Shown here piece after piece: positions 49,701 to 63,862 of a DNA stretch of 64,000 nucleotides. The stretch comes from Podarcis tiliguerta. Lineage: Eukaryota. The stretch lies in assembly GCA_965153285.1 (NCBI GenBank), contig OZ229129.1; one strand, 5' to 3'. A model generated the notes under the pieces. It saw nothing but the letters and a program-made list of their open reading frames with translations, made no database searches and was not told the origin of the DNA. Every line of letters starts with the position of its first letter. The first letter of the stretch is position 1. Position numbers and translations under genes: made by a program.

Positions 49701-50667
49701 AAATTTCAATTTTCCACTATGACTGTGCCTTCTTTGCTTTTTCTAAAAATAAATTAAAAGAAAACCAACAATCCCATTTCTTTTAGTTACACAACATTAA
49801 AAGGTAATACAGATGAAAGCGTTCTGGTTGAAAATCCATTTATTTCTGAAACATTCATTTCTCATTCTTTGCAGCTGGAGCCCTGGTGGAACAGCTTGTA
49901 CAGGTCAGAAGAAGGTACAAGGAGGTGGGGCGGGGGAGTTAGGCTCATTTCCTTTGTATGACCCTCTTGTGCATTCCATTCAATCTATGAAACCTTTCTC
50001 CATATGCCTCCGCCATGTGAAATTCAAAGGATCTCCACTTGCAGCAAAGTATTTTTGGTTATGGAACCAATCTTACAAAATGTCACCCTCACCCTTCAGG
50101 GAGGCTCAATAGGCATAAATATTTGGTTCTTCTGGAACAGCCATGACCCTAATTGATTTGATGCATTCTTGCCTTTCTGTGAGATGAATCTTTGCTTGCC
50201 TATCCCTTACCTGGTTCTTTTGGATGGTGGGTGCTTTTGTCCCTATTGTTTTTGTAATGTGCAATTTTAAGCAGAATGCGTGTTCCTCATTCGCTTTGTA
50301 TTTCTGTTTGTTTGAAATTCCTTGCTATGAGCTGCTTAATGCTTATTTTGTTTATTTGTTCATTTTTAGAAAAGTAGGACAGATGTCTCTAAAACCAACC
50401 TCAAAAGCTTGCTGGGAGGATAAGAGGGGTAGAAGGAGGACAACAGCATATGCCACCCTGAGCTCCTTGGGGGAAAGGATACAATAAAAAATGTAGTAAA
50501 ATAGAGATTGGTTTTATTTTAAAGGAGGATATACTAAGGGATCTTGCTTTCACATACAGTACAATGCAGGAGAAGTTACTGGAGAATGAGTACAGCATAT
50601 GTATGGACTTCATGACCAACTACTATGTATTTTCTGTGGAATCAAGGAAGAATTTGAAAGTTTTCAC

Positions 50668-51290
50668 ATCCAAAGTGCTGGAGATGTAAAGAGGTTTTAT
50701 CATATGTGGTGGACTTGTAAAAGGGTAAAAGAATATTGGGATATGATATATAATGAATTGAAAAAAATGTTTGAAAGTACGTTTCCAAAAAAACCCAGAG
50801 TCCTTTTTGTTGGGGATAATTCAAAGGAAAATTCCCAGGTGTCAAAAAACCCAAACTATTTATGTATGCTACTACCACGGCCCATGTTTTGTAAGCCCAA
50901 AAATGGAAAACGAGCAAGGTCTCAACCAAAGAAGAATGGCAACTTAAACTGATGGAATATGTGGAGCTTGCAGACTTAACTTACAGAATAAGAGAACAAG
51001 AAGAATGCACGTTTAAAGAAGACTGGGAAATGTTTACTGAATATATAAGTGAAAATTGTGTTTATTTAAAAACGCTGGTAGCATTAAGATAAATTCAACA
51101 GTGTAAATAAGTTTTGATGGACATAACAAAGGATTACTGAATGGTTTAGTTCATGTGAAATATATAGGGATATATGGTATGCAAAATGAACCACGGAAGG
51201 AGAAGAAGGGAAGTCATTGATTCAAGGTTGTTTAAATGAATATTTTGAAATGTAATTTAGAAAATTTAATAAAAATTGTTATAAAAAAAA
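50668..51290 (+). mobile_element. 5'-truncated L1-clade LINE
   Basis: FYHMWWTCKRVKEYWDMIYNELKKMFESTFPKKP, homologous to the 48716 ORF; ends aataaaaattgttat(A)8. Confidence 0.85.
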
Positions 51291-52549
51291 GTTATCACAT
51301 GGGTTTTTGACCAAGCACAGATTTCTATGCCACCTAAACCTGAAAAATTGTGGCCAGTCTTAAATATTGGTTTGTTTGAAGCAAGCCAACTTCAAACCAT
51401 GGGTTTGGAGATAGCGCTAAACTCTAATTGAAATGGCAAGTAAAAGCTTCTGATCTCCTTCCAGCAGCAGGGGTGGAAGAGGAGAGCAGAGAGTAAAACA
51501 TGCAGAGCTAAGAGAAGGCTAGGATCATTCCCATCATGATAAACTAGCCTTCCCCAACATGGTTCCTCCAGATAATTTAGACTGCAGCTCCCATCAGCCG
51601 CAGCCAGCATGGCCAATAGTCAGGGATGATGGGAGTCGCAGTCCAGCAATACCTGGGGGGCACCATGTTGGGGAAGGTTCTCCCATAAGCCACAGTTTAT
51701 TGCAGTGTCCCAATACAGCTGTGAAGTTTGGCATGGCTCTTCTATTTTGAAATGAGGTGAAAACCTCAGTTGCAATAAACCATTCTTTGCTAAACATCAT
51801 CGGACCTTGTTCAGGGCAAATAACACAACAGTATTTGTCCAATAGTGACTGCTTGTAGGAGGCTTTCTTCACCCTGCATGTTAATAACTGAGAACTACCT
51901 GCCTAATTCTGGTGATTAAAACTTGTTATTTGACTAAGTTGTTTCCTGAATTCTGTCAGAAAGAGATGGCTAAATTATGTTTAAATAAGGTTTTTTTTTA
52001 ATAAAAAGAAAAAACAACCCATTGCTTTTAGGTACCTGGACACAGTGCTTTATTTGGTTATATCCAGGCCAATCTATTCATGTTTAGGTCCCATTGAAAT
52101 CAAAGTTAGTGATTACAGGCTTTTCATGCTGATTTAAATAAGAATAAGCCTGACTCCTTTTGTCTGGATCTAGTGCATTAATTAGATTGGATTAATTAGC
52201 CCAAACAACCACCACACCAATGCAGCTTTAGAATAAAATTGAAATATCAGATTAATTTGGAAATGGGATGGTAATGAATTTAAGAATGCATGTGAAATTG
52301 GCAGGACCAGAAACAGACCAATCTGTCCATCCCTATTCAGTGTCAGACTTCTCCTGAGCATGGAGCTTCCATTTAGCAGTCATAAGAAGAGTCTGGCTGC
52401 TGGATCAGCCCAGTGGCCCATCTAGTCTTGCACCCTTTTCCTCCAGTGTCCAACCAGGTGCCCTGATGGGAAGCCTTCAAGCAGGTTTTGAGTGCAATAA
52501 CACTCTCCCCATCTGAGGTTTCAAGCAACTGATACTCAGAGACATGCTG

Positions 52550-52868
52550 AATGTCTGAATTGCTGTCTGCAAATGTGACCTAAAGGCTAGCAGCGTAAAC
52601 ATCAACCTTGTCAGACTGCATTACCTGGAGATGGGCAGCTGAGCTGTGCATCCATGGCAGTGACCAGAGGAATGACCACTGGGAGGAGCACAGGCAAAAG
52701 AAAAGCCATGGTGCATCTGCAGCAGCACAACTGGATGCCTTCATCTGTCCCAGCTGCAACAAAACATGTCTCTCCAGCATCAGTCTCACAGCAGGTGCTG
52801 CAACCTTCCAATAGCTTGACCTCACCCCTCATCATTGTCTCCAGAGACAGATGGATGCCAACAACAAC
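52550..52868 (+). mobile_element. RTE-clade LINE 3' end
   Basis: ...TWR....CIHGSDQR..HWEE.RQKK...FICPSCNKTCLS C-terminal zinc-finger remnant; short 3'UTR gagacagatggatgcc followed by (AAC)n. Confidence 0.7.
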
Positions 52869-52959
52869 CCCTTTGTCTCTGACAGTGGAGGTGAAACACA
52901 GCCATTGTTGCTTTTAGGCATTGAAAGCCCTATCCTCCATAAGATTGCACTGTAAAATA

Positions 52960-53140
52960 CTGTATTTACGTGAATCTAATGCGCCATCAAATCTAATGCA
53001 CACCTCAGTTTTCAAAACCTCGGAACCAAAAAAAAGTATTTGCTGGCAAATGTAAATGCACCGTCAAATCTAATGCACACCCTAATTTTCGCAACGTAAT
53101 TTGGCCAAAAAAGGTGTGCATTACATTTGAGTAAATGCAG
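52960..53140. mobile_element. Short Tc2-like (MER104-like) MITE
   Basis: TA|CTGTATTTACGTGAATCTAATGC ... GCATTACATTTGAGTAAATGCAG; internal repeats of AAATCTAATGCACACC. Confidence 0.7.
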
Positions 53141-54422
53141 TCTATCTTCACATCATACAGTCCTCTATTGTTCTCAGCAAATAAATGCTAATAGGGTGGG
53201 GGTGGGGAGATGAATGCTTAGAAAATCAGCATTCTCTTTCCACACCATTATCTTTTTTCTTTTTCTTTTTTGGTGGGTGTGTTACCATGTCTGGGACATA
53301 ATGCTCTCCAAGCTCTCAAGTATGAGCAGAAAAGAGACGTGGTTCCAAACTGAGAAAATTGCTGTCTCTTTCTCACTCTAGTTCAGCCTCATTACCATAG
53401 CAACAGACAGCTTGAACACCTGATCAGGTCACCGTAACCAAGTCTCCTTTGCTGCATATCTTCAAGGATGTACTGTGCCTCCTTGCTAGCATTACTCATT
53501 TGTACATTTGTTTCCCCCAGGGCCAGCCCAAGACATTTTGGCACCTGAGACAAACCACAAAATGACACCTCCTCCCCACCGGGCAAGAAGGGATAAGAGG
53601 ATCCACCACACATTAGGAACAGGCGGTGGGGTGGGTGTCTTAAGTTCTGTATTGGAGTCTCCTGCCCCTGTGGATCTTGCTGCCTGAGGTGTCCACCTCA
53701 CATTGCCTCATGGGTGGGCTAGCTCTGACCTCCCCCTCCCCCGATTCAGAATGTTCTTCTCGATAAGGAATCAAGGCAGGGACAGGGAAAGCCCTATCGT
53801 TAGGTAAGGTGAGACAATCAGTTCAAGGAGCAGATGCTCAGGGGCAACAATAGCCTTTCCCTACCTGAGCCATTGCCCTTGGTTGACACATGGTCTCTCT
53901 CTGGATCCCCCCCAATCTGATCTGTTGCCTCAGCTGCGATGGAAGATACTACCCAGTCACCAGTACTGAATCAAAATTCAACTTCCAGAAATGTTATGAA
54001 GTTAGAGGACTGGGAAAATGTGAAGAATTAAAAGAAACTAAAGCTGACAGATTTATCCATCCATAGCAAACAGGATTGCACCCGTAACCTTGCATCAAAG
54101 CCTTGATCTAGGATAGATCTATTTGTGAAACCTTTGATCAATTGCAGAACTGCCATTGATACAAATCAAGAACCCAAACTGTACTGCAACAACGTTGGTC
54201 CTGTCCAAATCGCAACGTGATATCAAAGGTCTTGTCAAGTCCTTGGCATCGCCCCTAATCTGAATACCCTAATATAACTAAGTTTCAGTATGCACCACTA
54301 AAAATAATAATATGTTCTTCCCTTGTTTACCCCGTCTTCTTGACTCTTCCATTCCTTCCAACATTATCAAAATTGTTAAAATAATATTAAATCATGTAAT
54401 CATTTCTTTTCAATATGGAAAA

Positions 54423-54423
54423 C

Positions 54424-54477
<54 letters not shown>
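54423..54477. repeat. Compound (CT)n(CA)n microsatellite
   Basis: Directly visible in the sequence. Confidence 0.95.
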
Positions 54478-54478
<1 letters not shown>

Positions 54479-54995
54479 AGTATGGCAGATGACAAGCCAG
54501 ATTTCCATGTTACAGAGGTTTAGTAAGGGCAGCTGGCCAGGCAGAATGGCTTCATGACAGCACCTGCTTCTCCCTGGCTAGCATATTAAAGCAAATTCAG
54601 AAACCCAATACATTTGGTGGTGGTGGTGGCAAAAAATGTGACCCCAACAACTGTTACTGATTGGGCTTTAGCAGCCAGTGAAGTTTTTGTAAAGCAACTT
54701 CTGGGTAGGAGTAGCCTAATGAGTAGAGCACTTACTGTTCCATAGCTGTTCTTATCCACCCAGACTTAAATATAAGAACATAAGAAGAGCCTTTTGGAAC
54801 AGGCCAATGGCCCATCTACTCAAGAATCCTATTCTCGCATTGGCCAACGAAATGCCTATGGGATATCCACTGGTTGTTCAATTATGATATATACTTAAAT
54901 AAGGTAAATTTATCTTTTGTGCACACAAATGCAATGTCCCAGGAGATCCACTTGAACTTGTGAGGTTCTGTTTGGTGGAGGGGCCCGGGGGCCCT

Positions 54996-55226
54996 AAGGC
55001 CCGGGGGCCAGATGCCGCCCAATCACATTCTCAATCCGGCCCACGGGCGGTCCGGGATTCAGAATGTTTTCACCTGAGTAGAATGTGGTGCTTTCATTTA
55101 AAATGCATCTATGGGTTATTTGTGGGGCATAGGAATTTGTTCACCCCCCCAAAAAAAATAGTCTGGCCCACCACATGGTCTGAGGGATGGTGGGCCGGCC
55201 CACAGCTGAAAAAGCTTGTTGACCCT
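54996..55226. mobile_element. hAT-like MITE, left end damaged
   Basis: aggcccgggggccagat...ccggccc...gctgaaaaagcttgttgaccctg; GGCCC/GGGCC subterminal motifs typical of hAT. Confidence 0.55.
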
Positions 55227-58200
55227 GGCTCTAACCTTCCTTAGAGGAGGCATGTATGACAATCTTATGGAGCAGGCAATTTAATATGGGGAAAGGCAAT
55301 CCATTACCTATAGGGGTCCCAAGCTGTACAATGCTTAAAGAGCAAAACTGGCATTTTGAATCGGCCTCAAAGACAAGCTAGCTGACAGCTCAGTCAGGCG
55401 GGGACCCATACTATATATTCATGCCTTCTTCTCTGAGTTGACAAGTCAGCTGCTGTGTTCAGCACTAGCTGTAGTTACTGAATGGCCTCCAAGGCTGCCC
55501 CACATACAATGCATTGCAGTGGTCTAACCACCACCCCTGACCACTGGGGTCCAACGACATTTGGATGGTCACAAGTTCCCCATCCCTGGTACAGATGTCC
55601 TTGTAACAGCCCTCAGTAGGATCCTGATCACTAGGAAGAGTGACAGCAGATCAGGAAGTGGGCTAGTGGTCAGGAGGGGCAGCCTGATCACATTATTTAT
55701 GAATGAAGATGAAAGTCGGAGCAGCTTTCATGGAAGAGTAGTTCACCATGTCTATCTGAGAGTGGACTAGTGTGTGTGCGGTAGCCATGGGGAAAGCAAT
55801 GTGTGTCGGCTCCCAGACCTTCTCAAATTGCTGGTGTCCATCTACTGGTTAAATCAATTATTGAACACAGTCAATGACTTATTAACAGAGATATCACAGA
55901 AGTCATTAATAAGAAAATCAAACATTGCTGTTAACATCCACATTTTAATCCTTTGAAACAGCACAGAATAAATCTATGCACATTATCAGCAATGTTTGAT
56001 TTTGTTTACGGTGAATTCCAAGTTGTGATCTCTCTATTAATAAATGGTGGACCTTATTCAAACATTGATCGCTTTGCTGTTTGGTGCTACAAGTTTGTAA
56101 ATTAGACAAGTGTCTCTATGCTTATCGGCTCTCCCACTGCTGTGTGCAGCATTTAGCTTTCATTGCTGATGGAAAACTGGTGTCTCCAGTGACGGCATAC
56201 GAAAACTTCCACTTCCCTAAGTGGAATCTGGGGAGTGCTGTACATATGTAACTAATTTGGGGTGGAGGAAATAGAGATGAATTATCTGGTCCAGAAATCA
56301 GAAGAAAGTTTGGTGCACAAAGAGGGGAAGTGAAGAACTCAGCAGCCATTTTAAGTGAGTGCACATTGAATGCACTGGGTGTGGGCAGGATCTCGGGGAA
56401 CCTCTGGCCCTCCAAATGCTGCTGCGCTACAACATGCATCATTCCTGAATATTGGCCATGATGGAAGGTGTAGTCCAAAATAAGGGGACGGCACTAAGTT
56501 GAGGAACATGTTTACTGAAATAAAATAGAACTCGTCTTTTCCAGACAGAGCCAGCTCAGCTATTAGGCAGGGTGAGGTCGCTGCTTCAGGTGGCAGAAGT
56601 TCCCCATCAGGTATGTCTATGGGTGCCCTGCCTGCCCTGCCACCTCCACCATTGGCACAGAAGCGGCACCACACTCAGTGCAAATTTTGGGCAAGATCAT
56701 GCCCCAAATTGGCACAATCTTGCCCAAAATTGGGGCTACTGGTGGTATTGCTTCTCCGTCAGTGGCAGATGCAGCAGAGCATGTGGCGGCAGCAGAGCAG
56801 GCAGTAGCAGGAGCTGGTAGGTGGTGATGGCAGCGTCAGGGCAAAGCAGCGCGTCCTGTTTTGCACTACCCCTGCCTCCCGGTGTTGCTGAACTACAAGC
56901 TGCATCATTTCTGACTAATGGCGGTATTGACACAGGTGGACAGGAATTGGAATCCAACAACATCAGGAGGCACACAGGTTTCTCACCCCTGTTCTACAGT
57001 GTGCTAAGATGCTGGCTTTTACAGCTGGGTAAGAAGCAGCTTATCAGGGCAACGATAGACTCTTCCATAGGCATATCAGTGAGGCAGGACCAGTGGCCCA
57101 CAGCAAGCAAACTCACAGTCCAGTTATGCAACAGTTCTACTTGAAGAAAAACAGCAACCTGTGAGTACTGGGGTAATTCGCAGGGGAACTGCTGTGAACA
57201 GTAAGAAAAGCAGGTAACTAAGGGGGTAGAAAATTGGTTTAATGTTGACCAGTCAAGACTGTCATGCATTACGCTCAGGTTTGCCTGTCTTAGGAACAGA
57301 CACTCCTATTGGCACATGAATATTTTAACAACTGGAATGCTGCCTGCATGCTCATCTGATCCTTTAATGAACAGGCATTAAGTATGCCTCAGGCTAACAT
57401 ACTGGTTAAATCTTATAGATGTGGCCACAATTCGTTACGCTGATTATCGGTGAGGCCCATTGTTCTGTTGGCTTTTTCTTTGGGCTATCAGGAGTATAAT
57501 TTGGGAACAATCTGATCACTTCTATGCTGGGTGTATGTAAGCATGTACAATTGTTGCTGTTGGTTTATTTACTTAGCTTGTAAATAGCTTGTTTCTGACG
57601 CAAGAAGTTGTCTGAGACCATTGTCAACATAATAACTAATTGCGCTGAATCAAACCAAGGGACCATCTACTCCAGCACACTATTCCCAGAAGTGGCACTA
57701 CCTAGCTGTTTTTGTGGTAGTCACATCACAGCAAAATGGAGACAGCCACTTCCCATTGCTTGGCCCTAGCATATGATGATCACAAGTGTACTGCCTCTGA
57801 ATTTAGTGGATGCACCGACCCATCATTGCTGTTGACAGTCATTAAGCAACATGTAATATGCATGCAAGCCAGTCCCAAGACTAAATATCCAAGCATGTGA
57901 CCTATAGTAAACCAGTCAAGTTACTCTGAGTTTCTAAGGTAGGAGTGGGCTGCCAGATCCAGCCAACCACCTACCTGCCAATCACCTGATGGCACAATGG
58001 TGTCATATTTAATTTTGCTCACGTGGTATGAAATCAAACCACACAAGCAGAGGCACTTTGCATGCCCCAACAACCATAATAGTGATTGCAAAAGCAAACC
58101 CCATGGGAGCTGCATTTTTACCTGCCCCACACCTGACAATATATATGATGTCAGTTATAAGGTAGGGGGGCTTGGCCAAAATGGCCTTGTGAGTAAAATG

Positions 58201-58844
58201 AGGAGGCCAGGTGAGCCTAATGAGGCCCATGAGTTGGAGGTTCCCCATCACTGGTCTAAAGTTTTTTGCTGGACCTTCTTTATAGTTCTTCAGATGGTAG
58301 AGAAACATCTACAGAAGGTAGCAGTTGGTGGTCCAGCATGGCCTATTACTAATATTATTAATTACATCAAATCAAAACTTTATTGCGGTCCAAAGACCCA
58401 CAAAACAATTTCAAAACTAGATACAGTTAAAACGACCAGACAGACAGATGGAAGAAACCAAGGCAGTCATTTTGTTTTATCTAGGGCATAATGATCTTTG
58501 TTTCTTATAACTTCTGAAAGATTAATTACATTGATTAGTCCATTTTTTTGCCCTGAGCATCCCAAAAGAACTTAGGCTAAAAAGCAATGAATAACAACCA
58601 AGTAAACAAAAACAAAAAACACCCCTAAAAACACAGGTGCAAGTAAAAGGCAGGACTAACAGATCCTACCCCACTAAAAGAGGGCACAGTGCCACACTTC
58701 AAATTATGGGACAAAAGTTTGAGACAAGACTTTGTTGGCACTTAAAGACATATAAAAGAAGGCACCATGCTTGTCTCCCTGGGGAGAGCATTCCACAGAC
58801 AAGAATGGTCAGGGATAGGATGGTGGGAGATGAAGACCCACAAC

Positions 58845-59047
58845 ATAGAATCATAGAATCATAGAGTTGGAAGAGACCATAAGGGCCATCGGGTCCAACC
58901 CCCTGCCAAGCAGGAAACACCATCAGAGCACTCCTGACATATGGTTGTCAAGCCTCTGCTTAAAGACCTCCAAAGAAGGAGACTCCACCACATTCCTTGG
59001 CAGCAAATTCCACTGTCGAACAGCTCTTACTGTCAGGAAGTTCTTCC
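58845..59047 (-). mobile_element. CR1 LINE 3' end
   Basis: (ATTCTATG)n tail (plus strand catagaatcatagaatcatag) and KNFLTVRAVRQWNLLPRNVVESPSLEVFKQRLDNHMSGVL*. Confidence 0.9.
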
Positions 59048-62009
59048 ATCTCAAGAGCATCATGTTGGCTCCCTGCTGGGAGAAAACAGGCCCTCCCTTC
59101 AGCTCCAAATACCTGCAGGGACCAGATATCGGAGACTTCCAAAGTTCTAATCACCTTACACTGTATCCAGAACAAAATTCTAAGAGCCAAAATGACACAC
59201 CTTGGCACAGTATTTGAAGTTTAAAACAGGACCCTTTATTTGATATAAGAATATCTATAAAGATATCCCCCAAGCCACTGCTGGCTATTGCCAATTGCGG
59301 CTTATAGGGCAAGAGGCAGAGAAACCAACAGTAGGTGGAGTCAGAGAAAATGACAGGCACAGCCAATTAATTTAAGTTTTGTCCCCATCTACAAGAGACA
59401 CACTGAGCTAAGGAGGCAGAAGCTGAAAGGCAGGGCCACTCTCTGGACTGGATGTAAGTAATAAGGGGCAGGCAGGTGGGAGGGAGGGACTGGATGAGGG
59501 CACACCCACGTCCACAGGTCTGCTTACTTAAAATCAAAAAGTTTTGCTTGCTTAATGAAATCATTACTGTGAGGTTTCCATTAATGTCTTCTACACTTCT
59601 TGTAGGCAGATTAGCACAGACGCCATAAAGCTCTGCTGTTGATTAGACAAAGTTGGGGATCTTCCCCACTATCTGCTTAATTGTTAACAGAAGGTATTAG
59701 AGGAAAACCATCAATGGTACCATGTTCTTTGTGTGTAGGATGGGTCCAAGATACTTTGCTACCTGAGGCAAAAGATAAGGTGGTGTCCCTCTGCATTCTG
59801 CATACAGAAGCTAACACACTGGCAGCTCAATCTTACCTCAGTGTTGGCAACGGGAGAGCAGCTTCCACTACACTTGGGGGCAGCAGATCAGGTTAGGGAG
59901 TCCTGCGGAAGCCATGTAGGACCCTGCTCTGTCCACTCCCCACCCCTAAAAATATTCCATATAAAGCATCTATTCTACTGTGCCTAATGGTAGGGCCAGC
60001 CCTATCTGTGTGAGAAAAGATGAAATGAAAAGGATATCAAGCTAAAGAGAAAAGTTGTTGCCTTCCTAATGGCACTAGCTAAGGCACAAGCTTGTTTTTA
60101 TATATTTATTAAGACAAATATAAAAGACAACTGGAGAACCCTGGCTGTTTCCATCATTTTTATTTGATTTGTCATGGTTAATAAAAACAAAACAGGAAGC
60201 TGGTACAGTTAGGCTGGACTTATTATTATTTCATTTGCTGGGTTGACTGCCAGTCTTTTAATTGTTTTTTTATTGATTTATGCTTAATTAAGTTAATGTT
60301 ATTTCTCATCTCATTTGTTATTAAATGCTCATCTTCCTTGCTTCGTATTGTAACAACCAGTGGTTGCAAGAAATAAATCTAAACTGATCTGATAACTGTA
60401 TAAATAAAGGCCAAATTATATGTTACATAGGATATTTGGGATTGGCACTGATGTCTTTGTTTTCACTGTGGGAAATTCCAAACAGATCTGCAAAACTAGT
60501 GGTGGGCGTGTCACATGCCTTCTCCCAATCCTTGTCCCCCACCTTGCTTGGGGGCAAATTGAGATACCTTTGTAGCTCAGAAATATCCACCGATCTAGCA
60601 CAGAACAGAACAGCCATCCAGTTCTGACAATTGTACAAATTACAAGTGGGGTAGAAAAGGCAGCCATCAGTAATGTTTCCAAAATTCTCACTTGAAGACC
60701 TCCCTGGAGACTAGACTTCCAAATTACCCAGTCCTGTTTCTAAACTGAGATTGACATATCCAGAATTATTCATTGTTCCTTTAAAAATAAAAATAAATCC
60801 AAATTTTGTGCAAAACACTCTGCATGCACAGTTTGACACAGCTTTCCATTCAGTCATGACATTTACCACCTCTCCATCACCAATGCACACAGATGCATTG
60901 GCAAAGCGCGCGCACACACACACACAAACCCCAAGTACGATGTTGTACATGTGGTTGGACCAAGATGCTTTCATGTGTTTTGTCACATGTGCAGCAGTGC
61001 ATATGTGCACCAATGAAACACTGCATGAAATGTGTGATTACTTTGTGATTGCTTTTTTCTGCTGGCCCAGTTTACGTTGAATACTAAGCCAAACTATGGC
61101 TTAGGGAGAATAAACCGGAGTACATACAAATCACTCCTCCCTGAATCTGATACTGCCATGCTGTCCAGAACTAAGCCATAATTTGTCTTATTTATTTGAC
61201 TTAATCAAAACCCTATTTCCTGATATATCTTGCTCCAAATAAACCATGAGTTGCAATAACCAAGATTTAATATTGGTTTGCTGCTTTGGGTTTGTTTGGG
61301 GGAGACAAAATATGAGCTTGCATTCTCGTGTTGCGTTAGCCAAACCACTGGTAGCATGAGAGAAGCAGGACCCAAGGACGAGCAGAGTAGCCACAATATT
61401 CACTCTGGATATCTGCACACTTGCTCCTTCCCATTAAACTATGGTTTGGCTTAATTCAAACCAGACCATAGTTTCATAAATGCATATGTGGACATCATTG
61501 ATGTGATGGTGAGGAGAGGTGAATGAACAGAAGGAAGTGAAAGCTGCAGCAAATGGTGCAAACTTCATTTCCATAATTAATTCTTGAAACTCATCTACTT
61601 AATCTAGAATTCAAAAAGGCTGGCATGCAGGGGAGAATCAACCAGAGGCATGGGAAGAAATGGAAGAGGGAAAACCTCCTCTCTCAACAAGTCATGCTAA
61701 TTTGATGTTTTGGTCAAAAGAGGTATGAATCATGCACTGTTTATAAACCCAAGCTGCCCAGGCTATTCATTTTTTAAAAGACAACAACAACAGAGCTGAT
61801 TCTAACACCTGTACTTGTGATTCTATGCCCTGCATAATTTCCTTGCCACCTGCAATTCTGTGCATTTCCCATGTTTACGCATTGAGTAGAAGAAGTTGGA
61901 TAAGGAAGACAGGCACAAAAAGGAGTGGAAGAAGTAGAGGGCAGGCTCAGACAAAAGCAGTAGTAATAACACAAGTGAGACCTTCAGGTTTCCATCCCTC
62001 AACTTCATT

Positions 62010-62232
62010 CTACTGGCTAGAGTGACAGACTAGGATCCAGGAAACCAGGGTTCGAATCCCCACTCAACCATGAACAAAGCTCACTGGGTGACCTTGGGCC
62101 AGTCACCATCTCTCAGGGCAACCTACCTCACAGGGCTGTGGTTAAATGAGGAAGAGGAGAGAACCATGTACACCAGCTTAAGCTCCATGGAGGAAAAAGG
62201 TGGGTATAAATGCAATAAATAATAACAATAAA
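62010..62232 (+). mobile_element. MIR/CORE-like SINE
   Basis: B-box GGTTCGAATCC; gctcactgggtgaccttgggccagtca; cctacctcacaggg; AATAAAT tail. Confidence 0.7.
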
Positions 62233-63709
62233 TGCATTAGCCATTTTCACACATGCACTCAAAGACAAGAAAGGGGGAGAGTGGTATCAGATTTGTTCTC
62301 GCTGTTTCTGATGTTCACATGCCCATTAAAAGTGAGGAAACACAACCGACACCCTTGCCAGCTGCATGTGTGTCTGTGACAGGGGACCATGCAAAATGCG
62401 AACTGAGACTACAGATGTGAATAGGCTCCGCTTTAATAGTTGGCAGAAGGCACCTGATCCCTTTTTAAAGCTGACCCGATTCTACTTTCCCCACCTTCTC
62501 ACAACATTTATGAACGCCAAAGGTACACCAAAATTCAGTAGCTGCGTAGGCTTCAGAGATCAAGTGTCAGACAGGCAAACATAATATGACACCCAGAATA
62601 GAACCCCAGTGTTTCATTTCTATGAAATTCCTGGAAGCCTGACCAGTGAGTATACACATCAGGGGGTGCCTTTTGCTGCGGCAAGAAAACAGATGGCAAA
62701 TAAGGAAGATCACTGCAGAGCACAGCGGGAAATAGAAATGGGGAGAGAGAGAGAAAACAACAGTGCAGGATCTGGGCTGGGGGCAGCATCAATGTCAGAA
62801 CCCAGACACAACAAAGGTATTTGTGACTAGGAAAAGCTGCAGCCAAGGAAGTCCAATCTGTTCACGTCTCCCCTGTACTTCAATGGTCACAATGAGGGAG
62901 CTTTGAGGCACCACACATGCCAGACAGCTGACTCTCATGCAAGTAGAACAAGAGAGTAGGATCTCCAAGGGAAGAGGCACAGCTCAGTGCATGGGCGTAA
63001 CCAGGATTTATGTTTGGGGGGGGCAGGACACCCACCTGTCATCATCCGCTGTCTGGCTCTGTCTAGCAGATTCTGAATGAAGTGTCTCAACAACTGCTGT
63101 TTTAAATTACTCTCTTTTGACCCCAAGTACTCAGAAAAATCTGTCAAAATCTTCAGTCATTTGAAAACTAGGAAGTTAAATGAAAAAGTTAACACTAAGG
63201 AGTACCTTTCATGCAGTTAATAAGTATATTTTGCAAAACTACAAGGAACATGCCTTTTTCATCTTTTTTTAAAAAATAAATCTAGATTAAATAAAGTGTT
63301 TATGGATTTGCTGGAAATCTTTTTAGCACGTCTATCTCAAATTCTTCCTTTTCCCCTCAATGCAGTTTTTCTGTGCACACTCAGTAAGAATAGGCCATTG
63401 AGAGACTCCCCTGTTATCACCGGCCTTAGACAAGTCTTTACTCTCCACAAGGTGCTACTGAATGACTGCTCTATGGCACAAGTGGCACATGGCTGAGCAA
63501 GAGAGATGAGCAGAGCCTTGAGATAAGGTATTGCTCAGTTGGGTTGCCAGTTGCATTGCTAGAATGTGACACAACGTTATCCAGGTGACCTCAGCAAGCA
63601 TTTCAATTTCATATATTCTGATTACTTCTACTATTAGTTAAGTATTTTTATTTATTTACTTGACTGGGAAGCAGATGCCTCCTGCCCCCCTGGCTACACC
63701 CATGGATCA

Positions 63710-63862
63710 TTGGTAGATCACGTGTTTTGCATGCAGAAGATCTCTGCCATCGCCAGTTAAAAAACTGATAGCAGGCAATGCAGAAGACCTCTGCTTCAGA
63801 ACCTGGTGAACTGCTGCCAGCCATTATAGACAACACTAGGCTAGATGGTATAAGGCAGCCTC
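63710..63862 (+). mobile_element. Squam3-like SINE
   Basis: tggtaga...tttgcatgcagaag...ctgctgccag...gctagatggtataaggcagcct. Confidence 0.55.

Noticed and set aside
57997-58491. 164-aa plus-strand ORF with scattered Cys and His
   Set aside because: It has no consistent zinc-finger spacing and crosses a hAT-like MITE end (~58200-58253), so it is probably a chance ORF.
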